A DNA stretch of 64,000 bases from a virus. Below are positions 46,795 to 57,430 of this stretch, piece by piece; within the stretch, counting starts at the first letter, position 1; every line of letters begins with the position of its first letter. The stretch is taken from the UHGV virus genome UHGV-0098755, one strand, 5' to 3'. The translations under genes and the position numbers were made by a program. The notes under the pieces are model-generated. The model was not told the origin of the DNA. It saw only the letters and a list, made by a program, of their open reading frames with translations, and did not search any database.

Positions 46795-49059
46795 TCATAA
46801 TTTACAGGATGAACAATCTTCAGCTTTTGGAGTTTCTATTTCATAATCATCAGTACCAGAACCATCACGGGTATTATGATAATAGAAATTTTTTCCGCCA
46901 AAATACCAGAAATACAAAAGGTCATCAATCATTATTGACATTGGAACCTTTCCTTTTGGAAAAATCTGCGGGTCATAGTATGTATTCGCTGAAGCTGATT
47001 GACATACCCATTTCAGCATAATAGCTACCTGCGTAAGATAAGGTTTATTACCTTTCTTAGCTAATTTCCACGTATAATCATAGAGGTCTATGTTATGTTC
47101 AATATTGGGCACGACTTGATTAAAGGAACCCTCTTTTGATTCTTTAACAGAGACTGGTCCACGTGGAGGCTCGATACCGTTTGTACTGTTAGAAACTTGG
47201 GAAGATGACTCACACGGCATAAGTGCTGATAATGTGCTATTACGGATGCCAAAGAGCTTAAGGTCTTCCCGCAGCGCCGACCAGTCACAAACGTATTTTG
47301 GAGCTGCGATTTGGTCAATCTTTTTATTGTACCAGTCGATAGGTAATTCGCCTCGAGACCAACGAGTGTCTGAATAATATTCGCAAGGTCCTTTTTCTTT
47401 GGCGAGCTTAATGGATGCTTTAATGAGTCCATACTGTAATCTCTCAAATAGTTCATGTGTTAAATCGTTAGCATCTTCATAAGAAGCAAAGTTACTTGCC
47501 AGCCAAGCTGCATAGTTGGTAACACCTACACCGAGGTTACGACGCTTTTTAGCTTTTTCTGCTTCAGGAACTGGATATCCTTGGTAATCCAAAAGATTAT
47601 CAAGAGCACGAACTTGAACTTCTGCCAATTCATTAATTTTATCTTGGTCTTGCCAATCGAAGTTATCCAACACAAATGCAGATAACGTACACAATCCAAT
47701 TTCAGCATCAGGGCTATTCACATCATTTGTTGGAATAGCAATTTCACAACACAAGTTACTTTGACGAATAGGTGCCTTTTCACGAATAAACGGAGTATAG
47801 TTATTCGTATTATCAATGAACTGTACATAAATCCTCGCTGTTCCTGAGCGTTCAGTCATGAGCAATTCAAACAGTTCACGGGCTTTAATACGCTTTTTAC
47901 GAATATTAGGGTCTTTTTCTGCGGCTTCGTATAATTCACGGAAACGGTCTTGGTCTTTAAAATAAGAATAATAAAGTTCGCCACCCATTTCATGCGGACT
48001 GAACAAAGTAATGTAGTCGTTCTTTCCAAAACGTTCCATCATCAAATCATTCAGCTGAACGCCATAATCCATATGACGGATACGGTTTTCTTCTACGCCT
48101 TTGTTATTTTTCAAAACGAGAAGATTTTCAACTTCCAAATGCCAAATAGGATAATAAGCAGTAGCAGCGCCGCCACGAATTCCGCCTTGTGAGCATGATT
48201 TAACGGCAGTCTGAAAATGTTTCCAAAAAGGAATAACACCAGTATGGCGTACTTCACCTGTGCCAATCTTAGAACCTTCGGCACGAATCATACCAACGTT
48301 AATGCCGATTCCAGCTCGTTTAGAAATATACTCAACAATTGAAGCGGAAGCCTTATTGATAGACTTCAGCGAATCACCTGCTTCAATAACAACACACGAG
48401 CTAAATTGCCGAGTCGGAGTACGACATCCAGCCATAATAGGAGTTGGCAGTGAAATCTGTCGAGTAGATACTGCTTCATAAAAACGAATAACATGTTTTA
48501 ATCTATCAACAGGTTCATCTTGATGCAATGCCATTCCAATAGTCATAAATGCAAACTGTGGAGTTTCATAAATTTGACCAGTGGTTTTATCTTTAACGAG
48601 ATATTTTTCTTTTAATTGCATCGCCCCGGAATAAGTAAATTCCATATCCCGCTCATGCTTAATTTTTGATTCTAAAAATGTAATTTCTTCTGCTGAATAT
48701 TTTGACAGCAGTTCAGGGTCGTATTTACCTTCATTTACGCAGTAAGAAATATGGTCAATAAATGAACGCGGTTCATACTGTCCGTAAACATGCTTACGAA
48801 GAGCAAACATTAAACAGCGTGCAGCTACGTATTGATAATCAGGCTCTTCAACTGAAATAGAATTCGCAGCAGCCTTAATGACAATAGTCTGAATGTCATC
48901 AGTTGTCATTCCATCACGGAGATATGATTTAATATTTTCATATAATTCATAAGGATCTACAGATGTTCCTTCGGCTGCCCAAGATAAAACTTTAATAATT
49001 TTTTGCGGGTCAAAGCTCTGAGAAACACCACTACTTTTGATAACATTAATTAATTGCAT
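46795..49059 (-). CDS. nrdA: ribonucleotide reductase large subunit NrdA (754 aa)
   Basis: 754 aa; active-site region NLCCEI; C-terminal Cys pair. Confidence 0.9.
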   Translation of the reverse strand: MQLINVIKSSGVSQSFDPQKIIKVLSWAAEGTSVDPYELYENIKSYLRDGMTTDDIQTIVIKAAANSISVEEPDYQYVAARCLMFALRKHVYGQYEPRSFIDHISYCVNEGKYDPELLSKYSAEEITFLESKIKHERDMEFTYSGAMQLKEKYLVKDKTTGQIYETPQFAFMTIGMALHQDEPVDRLKHVIRFYEAVSTRQISLPTPIMAGCRTPTRQFSSCVVIEAGDSLKSINKASASIVEYISKRAGIGINVGMIRAEGSKIGTGEVRHTGVIPFWKHFQTAVKSCSQGGIRGGAATAYYPIWHLEVENLLVLKNNKGVEENRIRHMDYGVQLNDLMMERFGKNDYITLFSPHEMGGELYYSYFKDQDRFRELYEAAEKDPNIRKKRIKARELFELLMTERSGTARIYVQFIDNTNNYTPFIREKAPIRQSNLCCEIAIPTNDVNSPDAEIGLCTLSAFVLDNFDWQDQDKINELAEVQVRALDNLLDYQGYPVPEAEKAKKRRNLGVGVTNYAAWLASNFASYEDANDLTHELFERLQYGLIKASIKLAKEKGPCEYYSDTRWSRGELPIDWYNKKIDQIAAPKYVCDWSALREDLKLFGIRNSTLSALMPCESSSQVSNSTNGIEPPRGPVSVKESKEGSFNQVVPNIEHNIDLYDYTWKLAKKGNKPYLTQVAIMLKWVCQSASANTYYDPQIFPKGKVPMSIMIDDLLYFWYFGGKNFYYHNTRDGSGTDDYEIETPKAEDCSSCKL

Positions 49060-49376
49060 AAGTCCTCAACTTGAAAATCGTCTTTAAACAATCGGTTAAC
49101 TATATGAGCTATTATATCACCATGACACGGCTTTGGTTTACATGTGCATCCTAGCCTCATTCCACGTAAAGGCTCTAAATGTGCTTTAGTTATTTCTCCG
49201 GATTTAATTCGACGTATAAAATCTTTTTTGAATAATTCAATGGCAGCCTCCCGGCTGCCAGCATCTTTACCGACGTAATTTCCCCAAAATGTACCGCGGT
49301 GAATATTAACATCAAAGTCGGATTTGTATTTATTCACTACCCGGCATAGACGGCCCACGCTGGAATAATTCGTCAT
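49050..49376 (-). CDS. hypothetical Cys/His-motif protein (108 aa), position of T4 nrdA.1
   Basis: Motif [17 protein letters not shown]; overlaps nrdA start. Confidence 0.5.
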
Positions 49377-49593
49377 ATTGTTTTTCCGTTAAAACAGTAA
49401 TATCGTAGTAACAGTCAGAAGAAGTTTTAACTGTGGAAATTTTATTATCAAAATACTCACGAGTCATTTTATGAGTATAGTATTTTTTACCATAAATGGT
49501 AATAGGCTGTTCTGGTCCTGGAACTTCTAACTCGCTTGGGTTAGGAAGTGTAAAAAGAACAACGCCAGAAGTATCTTTAAATCGTAAAATCAT
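49330..49593 (-). CDS. hypothetical protein (87 aa), position of T4 nrdA.2
   Basis: ATG start; overlaps neighbours. Confidence 0.45.
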
Positions 49594-49901
49594 ATTGCCA
49601 TTTTCCCTTTAATTGCTGGATGCGATTCATAATTTTCAAGGATAAAATCTTTCGGTTTCATGTATTCAGTTAACCAGTAAAGCTGTGTTTCGGTGTCACA
49701 ATTTCCAAACTCTATAGGCCAATCAATTTTAAGTTCACATAGTTCTTTAGGCTCACGACGTAAAATTTCTTTACATTGCTCAGTATGATTCATATAGATG
49801 TGAGTATTACCACCAGAAAATATCAAATCTCCTGGGATAAGATTACACATCTTAGCTACAATATGAACTAACGAAGCATATGATGCAATATTAAATGGAA
49901 G
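49590..49901 (-). CDS. td: thymidylate synthase, exon 2 (103 aa plus stop)
   Basis: Begins [19 protein letters not shown]... (conserved TS C-terminal region); 3' splice site after ...GAACATAATG; the ORF-track M at 49904 is the last 3 nt of the intron. Confidence 0.85.
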
Positions 49902-50917
49902 CATTATGTTCAGATAAGGTCGTTAATCTTATCCCGGAATTATATCCAGCTGCATGTCACCATGCAGAGCAGACTATATCTCCAACTTGCTAAAGCAAGT
50001 TGTCTATCGTTTCGAGTCACTTGACCCTACTCCCTAAAGGGATAGTCGTTAGGCATTTATGTAGAACCAATTCCACTTATCAGATTTTACACGGTAAGTA
50101 ACTAATCCGGATGAAATTTCAAAATATCTAGCTGCATCAGCTGCACATTCAAAAATAATCCCATCACATGAAATCTTTTTAATATTATTAGGCTTTTTAC
50201 CTTTCATCTTTTCTGATATTTTAGATTTAGTTTTGTCTGAATGCTTATGATTAAAGAATGAATTATTTTCACCTGAACGATTTCTGCATTTACTACAAGT
50301 ATAAGCAGAAGCTTGTATGCGAACACCGCATTCACAAAACTTATGGGTTTCTGGATTCCAACGCCCGTTTTTACTTCCGGGTTTACCGTAAAGAGCTTTC
50401 CGACCATCAGCGCCAAGCTTAAGCATCTTAGCTTTAACAGTTTCAGAACGTTTCTTAATAATTTCTTCTTTTAATGGATGCACAGAATATGTATCACCAA
50501 ACGTTGCATCAGCAATATTGTATCCATTAATTTTAGAATTAAGCTCTTTAATCCAAAAATTTTCTCGTTCAATAATCAAATCTTTCTCATATGGAATTTC
50601 TTCCAAAATAGAGCATTCAAACACATTACCGTGTTTGTTAAAAGACCTTTGAAGTTTTATAGAAGAATGGCATCCTTTTTCTAAGTCTTTAAAATGCCTC
50701 TTCCATCTCTTTTCAAAATCTTTAGCACTTCCTACATATACTTTATTGTTTAAAGTATTTTTAATCTGATAAATTCCACTTTTCATAAATACCTCTTTAA
50801 ATATAGAAGTATTTATTAAAGGGCAGTCCTACAATTTAGCACGGGATTGTCTACTAGAGAGGTTCCCCGTTTAGATAGATTACAAGTATAAGTCACCTTA
50901 TACTCAGGCCTCAATTA
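49902..50917 (-). mobile_element. group I self-splicing intron in td (1016 nt) carrying the I-TevI ORF
   Basis: 5' end reads TAATTGAGGCCTGAGTATAAGGTGACTTATACTTGTAATCTATCTAAACGGGGAACC... directly after exon 1 ...TTGGGT; 3' end ...CTGAACATAATG; length 1016 nt equals the T4 td intron as recalled. Confidence 0.85.
50049..50786 (-). CDS. GIY-YIG homing endonuclease I-TevI (245 aa)
   Basis: N-terminal GIYQIKNTLNNKVYVGSAKDFEKRWKRH (GIY-YIG); 245 aa; inside the td intron. Confidence 0.9.
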   Translation of the reverse strand: MKSGIYQIKNTLNNKVYVGSAKDFEKRWKRHFKDLEKGCHSSIKLQRSFNKHGNVFECSILEEIPYEKDLIIERENFWIKELNSKINGYNIADATFGDTYSVHPLKEEIIKKRSETVKAKMLKLGADGRKALYGKPGSKNGRWNPETHKFCECGVRIQASAYTCSKCRNRSGENNSFFNHKHSDKTKSKISEKMKGKKPNNIKKISCDGIIFECAADAARYFEISSGLVTYRVKSDKWNWFYINA

Positions 50918-51466
50918 ACCCAAGAAAACATCTACTGATCGTTGATACCATTGTAAATCAAGATAACCATTACGCACATTAAACTGATAGAACATATGAC
51001 AGGGCGGTAATGCCATTTGATTGATTTCAGCTGGATTCCATGCTGAAACGATTTGACGTCGATCAGTTGGTAATTTTTTAATACGATCAATAGTTTCAAC
51101 TAATTGATCCACACCACCGAAATCACGCCATTGTTTACCGTATATAGGACCAAGTTCACCACTATGATATCCTAGGTCTTTAGCCTGGTTTTCATAGTTA
51201 TCGTCCCAAATAGTTTTACCTTGAATAAGACTACCATGAGTGCGAAGACGTAAATCATTAACATTGGTAGAACCGGAAATAAACCATAGAAGCTCAGCAA
51301 TGCAAGCTTTCCAGGCGAGCTTTTTGGTTGTTACCGCAGGAAAACCTTTGGTTAAATCCCAACGCAATTTAGTACCGAACAAAGCAATTGTTCCTGTGCC
51401 TGTTCGGTCATCGGTTTCGTAGCCATTTTCAAAAATGTCTTTAATTAAATCTTGGTATTGTTTCAT
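50918..51466 (-). CDS. td: thymidylate synthase, exon 1 (183 codons)
   Basis: TS active-site motif PPCH (ALPPCHMFYQF); exon ends ...VDVFLG immediately before intron TAATTGAGG. Confidence 0.85.
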
Positions 51467-51510
51467 TTAGTACCTTATATAAATTATAATACATTTTATG
51501 AAGCTAATAA

Positions 51511-51870
51511 TTAATACGGTTTAGCATCAAATTTTCTCTCAATTTCAGGCGCGAAATATAATTCTTTACCGCGTTTGGAAAAACGACCAATAATATGATA
51601 ATTATTCTCATCAAACGTGATATTACCAATATCCATAGCTTTCAACCAAATATCGATATTTCTATCCAGCTTTATGTCAAAATTCCAATACGGAGAACTA
51701 TTACCGAAAATACTGCAAGCGGATTCAGTGAAACAACTGCTATAAATCTTGTCTTTAGGAACTACTAATTGATAGACGCCTTTAATAAACTGAGGACCCT
51801 GCCACTTTGGCTGTTTTGCGTCTTCTTCTAATAGAATAGGGTAATAATTAAAATTCATATTTTCCGCCAC
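51511..51870 (-). CDS. hypothetical protein (119 aa with GTG start; 115 aa from ATG at 51858) between frd and td
   Basis: Open frame starting 7-19 nt after frd stop; no recognisable motif. Confidence 0.45.
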   Translation of the reverse strand: MAENMNFNYYPILLEEDAKQPKWQGPQFIKGVYQLVVPKDKIYSSCFTESACSIFGNSSPYWNFDIKLDRNIDIWLKAMDIGNITFDENNYHIIGRFSKRGKELYFAPEIERKFDAKPY

Positions 51871-51877
51871 GCGTTAT

Positions 51878-52704
<827 letters not shown>

Positions 52705-52715
52705 ATTATCTCCTA

Positions 52716-53048
52716 TTAAAAAGGATCAGGAACATATCCACTAGCTTTAATCATTTTGATTAACGTTAGCAGTCCTTTATTAACTGCTTGTGAGATTTCA
52801 TTAAAAACTTCATCACTAAAAAGTTCTAACACACCCTTCTGAACTTTTAATTTACACCCAACAATTTCGTCATCACCTATAGTAAATTCGTTTCCGCCAA
52901 TTCCACCGAAAAACTTAATTACACCAGTTAACTGTTTTCCACGAGAATATGGGTCATGTGATAAAGTAATATGAGTCACCCCAGGTACAGTTTTAAATTG
53001 GCAGCGGATGTTTACTTGGGCAATTCCAGTTACATGAATGTCAGACAT
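52716..53048 (-). CDS. hypothetical protein (110 aa), frd-32 interval
   Basis: ATG start. Confidence 0.45.
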   Translation of the reverse strand: MSDIHVTGIAQVNIRCQFKTVPGVTHITLSHDPYSRGKQLTGVIKFFGGIGGNEFTIGDDEIVGCKLKVQKGVLELFSDEVFNEISQAVNKGLLTLIKMIKASGYVPDPF

Positions 53049-53058
53049 AATATTTTCC

Positions 53059-53301
53059 TCAAACAGACTTTTTCACAATTTTCCAATCGGCTTTAAACTG
53101 CTCGACGTCAGAATGATAAATCCAGAATCCTGCGCTTTCTCCATCCTCATAAAGAGGGCATCCATCGCATTCATCTTCCCATCCCATATCACGTAAAAGA
53201 TGTTCAGCTTTTTCAACGAGTTCAGAATCTTTACCAATGATATTAAAATACCATTTACCTCTAACTTCTGAATCTTTGATGCTCTGGCGTTGTAATCTCA
53301 T
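53059..53301 (-). CDS. hypothetical protein (80 aa), frd-32 interval
   Basis: ATG start. Confidence 0.45.
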   Translation of the reverse strand: MRLQRQSIKDSEVRGKWYFNIIGKDSELVEKAEHLLRDMGWEDECDGCPLYEDGESAGFWIYHSDVEQFKADWKIVKKSV

Positions 53302-53355
53302 TTTATTCTCCTTAATTGATAGGGTAATAGTATCACACTACTACCCTTCTGTAAA

Positions 53356-53736
53356 CTACTTTTTGAAAGTTTTTCGCAAAAGTTCAATGATTTCATCTAC
53401 ATTGTTTTCGTCAACAATGCAGTGAATTTTTGTTACGCCAGAAATCTTGTCTTCGACTTCATCTTCTTCAGAAGTCGGTTCTTTATACTCACGAAAACAA
53501 TGAAATTCATCTTCACAAATTTCTAAAAGTCTATCTTTGAGGTAAAAATGTTTTCCATTTGCGCATTCAATGTGTTTTACTGCTTTATATCCATTAGCGA
53601 CGGAAACTTCTTTAACTTCAAACCATCCGCCATTATCTCGAATAGCTTTAACTATTGATGAATTAGAACGTGGGCTATAATTAATAAATGTATCAATAAG
53701 TCTTGGAACAAGTTCATACTTTCTACCAGTATACAT
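53356..53736 (-). CDS. hypothetical Cys/His-containing protein (126 aa)
   Basis: ATG start; no recognised domain. Confidence 0.45.
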   Translation of the reverse strand: MYTGRKYELVPRLIDTFINYSPRSNSSIVKAIRDNGGWFEVKEVSVANGYKAVKHIECANGKHFYLKDRLLEICEDEFHCFREYKEPTSEEDEVEDKISGVTKIHCIVDENNVDEIIELLRKTFKK

Positions 53737-53780
53737 TGTGTTTTCCTCATTTTAACGGGGCTGTAATAGCCCCTTGATAA

Positions 53781-54011
53781 TTATTGTTCAATCAGTCCCA
53801 TATAAAATTCTGCATCTTCAGAATCCATGCCATCACAATATTCATTAGCCATAAAGCGGGTGAGGTCTTCAAGAGGACCTTCAATGACAATAGAAAAATT
53901 GCAATAATTGGGATCATCATGAATACTTGTGATACTGAGTTCAGGATAACGATTACGAATAATTTCTTCAATATATTCAAAATCAACGATGTCAATATCA
54001 ACTTTAGCCAT
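53781..54011 (-). CDS. hypothetical acidic protein (76 aa)
   Basis: ATG start; no recognised domain. Confidence 0.4.
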   Translation of the reverse strand: MAKVDIDIVDFEYIEEIIRNRYPELSITSIHDDPNYCNFSIVIEGPLEDLTRFMANEYCDGMDSEDAEFYMGLIEQ

Positions 54012-54115
54012 ATTGTTTTCCTCTTTAATCGTCAGCAGTATTGCCGATAGTTGTATAGTACCATAAAGCTTTATGCTTGTAAACCGTTTTGTGAAAAAAT
54101 TTTTGAAATAAAAAA

Positions 54116-54134
54116 GGGGACCTCTAGGGTCCCC
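54116..54134 (-). terminator. intrinsic terminator after gene 32
   Basis: GGGGACC ... GGTCCCC stem; on - strand followed by UUUUUUAUUU. Confidence 0.65.
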
Positions 54135-54156
54135 AATTAATTAGTAATATAATCTA

Positions 54157-55065
54157 TTAAAGGTCATTCAAAAGGTCATCCAGGTCCGTGTCATCAGCAC
54201 TAGATGAACTGCCAGAGCTTGAGCTCATAAAATCATCTTCAGTTTTTGTTTTGAAGTCATCAACATTGAATGCATCCAAATCATCAGCAACTTTATCAGC
54301 TTTCTTAGCGGCAGTTGCTGCGGCACCACCCATAGCAGCAGTTCCCATAACTTGACTGAACTTAGTGCTCAGTTCTTCAAACGATTTGAATTTATCTTTA
54401 GAAGTCATTTCAGAAAGGTCAACCATTTGTTCGAACAGTTCTTTCTGGAAAGATTCATCATCAATGTTTGGAATCGCAGATTGATTCAGGAATTTAGATT
54501 CGTCGTAGTTACTAAAACCAGAAACTTGTTTAACTTTCAGTACAAAGTTAGCACCTTCCCACGGACAAGTTACATCAACCGGAGTTTCGCCCATTTCAAC
54601 ATCAACTGCAATCATTGCATTGATTTTATCCCAGATTTTCTTACCGAAACGGTATTTAAATACTTTACCTTCATTTTCTGGAGCAGCTGGGTCTTTTACT
54701 ACAAGAATGTTAGCCCAGTAAGAAGTTTTACGTTTAACAAGACCGTACTCTTTATTGTCAGTGTTATACAAATCATTTTTACTGATGTACTGACATACTG
54801 GGCAAGAATCGTAATCACCGTGGGTAGATGAACAGTTTTCAATATACCATTTACCATTTTTCTTAAAACCGTGATTTACAAGAATTGCGAATGGTGCTTG
54901 TTCATCATTTTTAGACGGAAGAAAACGAATTACTGCTTGACCGTTACCCGCATTGTCGAGTTTCAGTTTCCACTCGCCTTTATCTTCAGAAGAAAAACCA
55001 CCTTTATTTCCAGCCAGTTTAGCCATTTGTGCAGCGAGTTCAGCAGTAGATTTACGTTTAAACAT
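54157..55065 (-). CDS. 32: single-stranded DNA-binding protein gp32 (302 aa)
   Basis: N-terminus [17 protein letters not shown]...; zinc-binding [15 protein letters not shown]; acidic Ser-rich C-terminus. Confidence 0.95.
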   Translation of the reverse strand: MFKRKSTAELAAQMAKLAGNKGGFSSEDKGEWKLKLDNAGNGQAVIRFLPSKNDEQAPFAILVNHGFKKNGKWYIENCSSTHGDYDSCPVCQYISKNDLYNTDNKEYGLVKRKTSYWANILVVKDPAAPENEGKVFKYRFGKKIWDKINAMIAVDVEMGETPVDVTCPWEGANFVLKVKQVSGFSNYDESKFLNQSAIPNIDDESFQKELFEQMVDLSEMTSKDKFKSFEELSTKFSQVMGTAAMGGAAATAAKKADKVADDLDAFNVDDFKTKTEDDFMSSSSGSSSSADDTDLDDLLNDL

Positions 55066-55135
55066 TTTTATTTCCTTTTTAATTTAATTAACAGTTGGTG
55101 CTATGACGATGTATGACCTCATAGCTGGTCAGTGA
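55066..55135 (-). promoter_or_regulatory. gene 32 mRNA leader / autoregulatory translational operator (structured region plus A/U-rich tract)
   Basis: - strand reads ...GUGAGGUCAUACAUCGUCAUAGCACCAACUGUUAAUUAAAUUAAAAAGGAAAUAAAAAUG, matching the remembered T4 gene 32 operator. Confidence 0.6.
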
Positions 55136-55148
55136 GATAATTATAATC

Positions 55149-55156
55149 TATTTATA
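55149..55156 (-). promoter_or_regulatory. late promoter box TATAAATA (- strand) upstream of gene 32
   Basis: Reverse complement of + TATTTATA, just downstream of the gene 59 stop. Confidence 0.5.
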
Positions 55157-55164
55157 ATAAGCAA

Positions 55165-55818
55165 TTAATACTTACAAGATTTCACAGTTTCAATGAAAAC
55201 ATTTTTAGCTTTCTGTGAATCAATATTTAAAATTTTTCTATAAGCCTTTAACTTTATAGAATAATTATTCCAGACTAAATTATCAGTCTGTTCATCATGT
55301 TTATCAATTATATTTAAAAACGAATCAAGCAAGATAAACGTCTCAAACGAAATTATATTCGATTGTAGAAGTTTAAAAATATAACTTGATTGAACTTTTG
55401 GATTATATTCAAAGATTTCTTTAAAAGCAGAAACTTCAACTTTTTTACTAAAATAATAAATGTTGCGAATATCTTCTTCAAACTTAAATTTAATTTGCTT
55501 TAAGCGTCCGATATATTCACGATAAAACACAAGTGCATCAGCGTCAGAGATGTCACCAATCCAAGCATCTTGGTTAGCAACAAGATTGCTTATAAAGATT
55601 AAAGCAAGTTCCTTTAATTTATATTTTTCTGATAACTTCTGGAAAAAATACTTATCCCTTCGCTTTTGATAAGCGGCATCAGACACCCGCATGCACCAAT
55701 TATACTTAATTACATCATACTTTCCATTCATATGTTGTTTTATCATTAAGTATAATTTATAAACTGATTTACCATCAATGTATCTTTCACCACCAGCAGG
55801 CATGCGGAGTTTAATCAT
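55165..55818 (-). CDS. 59: helicase loader gp59 (217 aa)
   Basis: 217 aa; position immediately upstream of gene 32. Confidence 0.8.
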   Translation of the reverse strand: MIKLRMPAGGERYIDGKSVYKLYLMIKQHMNGKYDVIKYNWCMRVSDAAYQKRRDKYFFQKLSEKYKLKELALIFISNLVANQDAWIGDISDADALVFYREYIGRLKQIKFKFEEDIRNIYYFSKKVEVSAFKEIFEYNPKVQSSYIFKLLQSNIISFETFILLDSFLNIIDKHDEQTDNLVWNNYSIKLKAYRKILNIDSQKAKNVFIETVKSCKY

Positions 55819-56153
55819 AGCAGAAAATCTAATGTATTAGTTTTTTCACAACGAACAACAGAAGGACGTAAAAGATTTTCGTCGATAGCTTCTGACTGAA
55901 TTTTTTCAATTATACCCGAAGGAATAAATTTAGCAAATTGAGTTTCAGGAATAGAATTTTCTTCCAAGAATGCTGTCGTAGCTTCAAGATAACTCATTCC
56001 AAACTCTTCTACCATTTTTTCAATAATAAATCCGTTTTCTTGACGATCAAGAAGCTTTGCAATTTCATCCTTTTCTTTCTTAATTGAAAGTTCTTTTTCT
56101 GAAAGACCGGTCTCATCGACCGGACGAATATCATTTAGAGAAAACTGTGTCAT
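55815..56153 (-). CDS. 33: late transcription co-activator gp33 (112 aa)
   Basis: ATG at 56153 gives MTQFSLNDIRPVDETGLSEKE..., 112 aa as T4 gp33; ORF track extends 3 codons further. Confidence 0.75.
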   Translation of the reverse strand: MTQFSLNDIRPVDETGLSEKELSIKKEKDEIAKLLDRQENGFIIEKMVEEFGMSYLEATTAFLEENSIPETQFAKFIPSGIIEKIQSEAIDENLLRPSVVRCEKTNTLDFLL

Positions 56154-56400
56154 AAAGTTCAACTACCTCTTCAGTTTCAGCTTCAAACACATCACGGTTA
56201 TCTTTATGATACAAAGCTAATAGACGATTAAACATCTTACCATCAACGCCAAGTTCATCTTTGGCACGAATTCGAATATCTTTAATCAGTTCATTATAAC
56301 CGGAAATTTTCAGTTTATGATCAGATGCTTCTTTAATAAATTTAGCCAAGTCTTCGCCATGGATAGCTTCATCAAATTCAACCATTTCTTTTTTAGCCAT
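56131..56400 (-). CDS. dsbA: double-stranded DNA-binding protein DsbA (89 aa)
   Basis: 89 aa; position between rnh and 33, overlapping gene 33 start. Confidence 0.7.
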   Translation of the reverse strand: MAKKEMVEFDEAIHGEDLAKFIKEASDHKLKISGYNELIKDIRIRAKDELGVDGKMFNRLLALYHKDNRDVFEAETEEVVELYDTVFSK

Positions 56401-56408
56401 TATTCACC

Positions 56409-57326
56409 TCAAAATTCATTAATGCTATTAGTTAATTTAGAAAGACCCGCTTTTACAAAATATGAATAAATTTTGCCACGCGGTGGTAATTTATATGAAT
56501 TATAGTAATTCACAATGTTTGAAGCAATATTATCAGGAATATAATCAAAATCAATTAGAACTAAATTTTCTTTATAACGATTATATTCAGATTCTGTGAG
56601 AAGCACCTTAGCTTGCTCACGGTCATTAGCAATAGCTTCAACGATTGAAGTTTTCATTGAAGGAGTTCGTTCACCTTCAACTTTGGTAAACCAAAAGTCA
56701 GATCGTACTTTAACTGAAGCAACGTTATCCTTTTTGTCGCCTTTAAGGATTTTAGTCATGCAATCAATTTCAGCAGAACCGCTTTTAATTTTAACCCATT
56801 TCTTGTGCATCGGTGACCATTGCTTAACATTTGGATATTTGTGAAGTTGAGTAAAGTCACCATCCGATGAAATGATTAAAATCTTGTGTCCTTCTAAAGA
56901 GAACTTTTTAACAAGAACAGCAATGTGGTCATCTGCTTCATACTTATCAATATCCATAACAATGTATGGCATATAAGCTTTCAATTCATCTATAACTTTA
57001 TGGCTGGATTCAAAATAACCTTCCCAGTCCCAAGTAGATTCTTCTCGTGCTTTTCCACGGTTTTTCTTATAATAATAAGCGAAATCACGACGCCAGTATC
57101 CAGATTTCGCGTTATCAATACACAGTACAATTTTAGTGTATCCAAGCGTTTTTGCTTTTTTGACATTAAACTTAATTGAGTTCAATATCAAATGACGAAC
57201 CATTGATAAATTAATTTTTTCTTTATCTGGGAAGTTTACCAAAGCGGTTGAAAGCGCAATTTGACTAAAGTCAATTAAGCAGATTCCTTCTTTGTAATCT
57301 TCATCCAACATCATTTCTAAATCCAT
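56409..57326 (-). CDS. rnh: RNase H / 5'-3' exonuclease (305 aa)
   Basis: ATG at 57326 gives MDLEMMLDEDYKEGICLIDF..., 305 aa as T4 RNase H; ORF track extends 5 codons upstream. Confidence 0.85.
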   Translation of the reverse strand: MDLEMMLDEDYKEGICLIDFSQIALSTALVNFPDKEKINLSMVRHLILNSIKFNVKKAKTLGYTKIVLCIDNAKSGYWRRDFAYYYKKNRGKAREESTWDWEGYFESSHKVIDELKAYMPYIVMDIDKYEADDHIAVLVKKFSLEGHKILIISSDGDFTQLHKYPNVKQWSPMHKKWVKIKSGSAEIDCMTKILKGDKKDNVASVKVRSDFWFTKVEGERTPSMKTSIVEAIANDREQAKVLLTESEYNRYKENLVLIDFDYIPDNIASNIVNYYNSYKLPPRGKIYSYFVKAGLSKLTNSINEF

Positions 57327-57388
57327 ATGAACCTCGTTCAATTAGTGAGATTTCTATTATATACCATCCAAATCTTAAAGTAAACAAG

Positions 57389-57396
57389 TATAAATA
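57389..57396 (+). promoter_or_regulatory. late promoter box TATAAATA upstream of gene 34
   Basis: Exact TATAAATA ~35 nt before the gene 34 ATG. Confidence 0.6.
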
Positions 57397-57430
57397 CTTA
57401 TTATTGAAAACACAATAGGAGCCCGGGAGA

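Noticed and set aside
49590-49904. ORF-track 104-aa ORF as a stand-alone gene
   Set aside because: It is td exon 2; the apparent ATG at 49902-49904 is the last three nucleotides of the group I intron.
54352-55116. + strand ORFs (159 and 81 aa) within gene 32
   Set aside because: Antisense to the confidently identified gp32 gene; Phe/Ile-rich artefacts.
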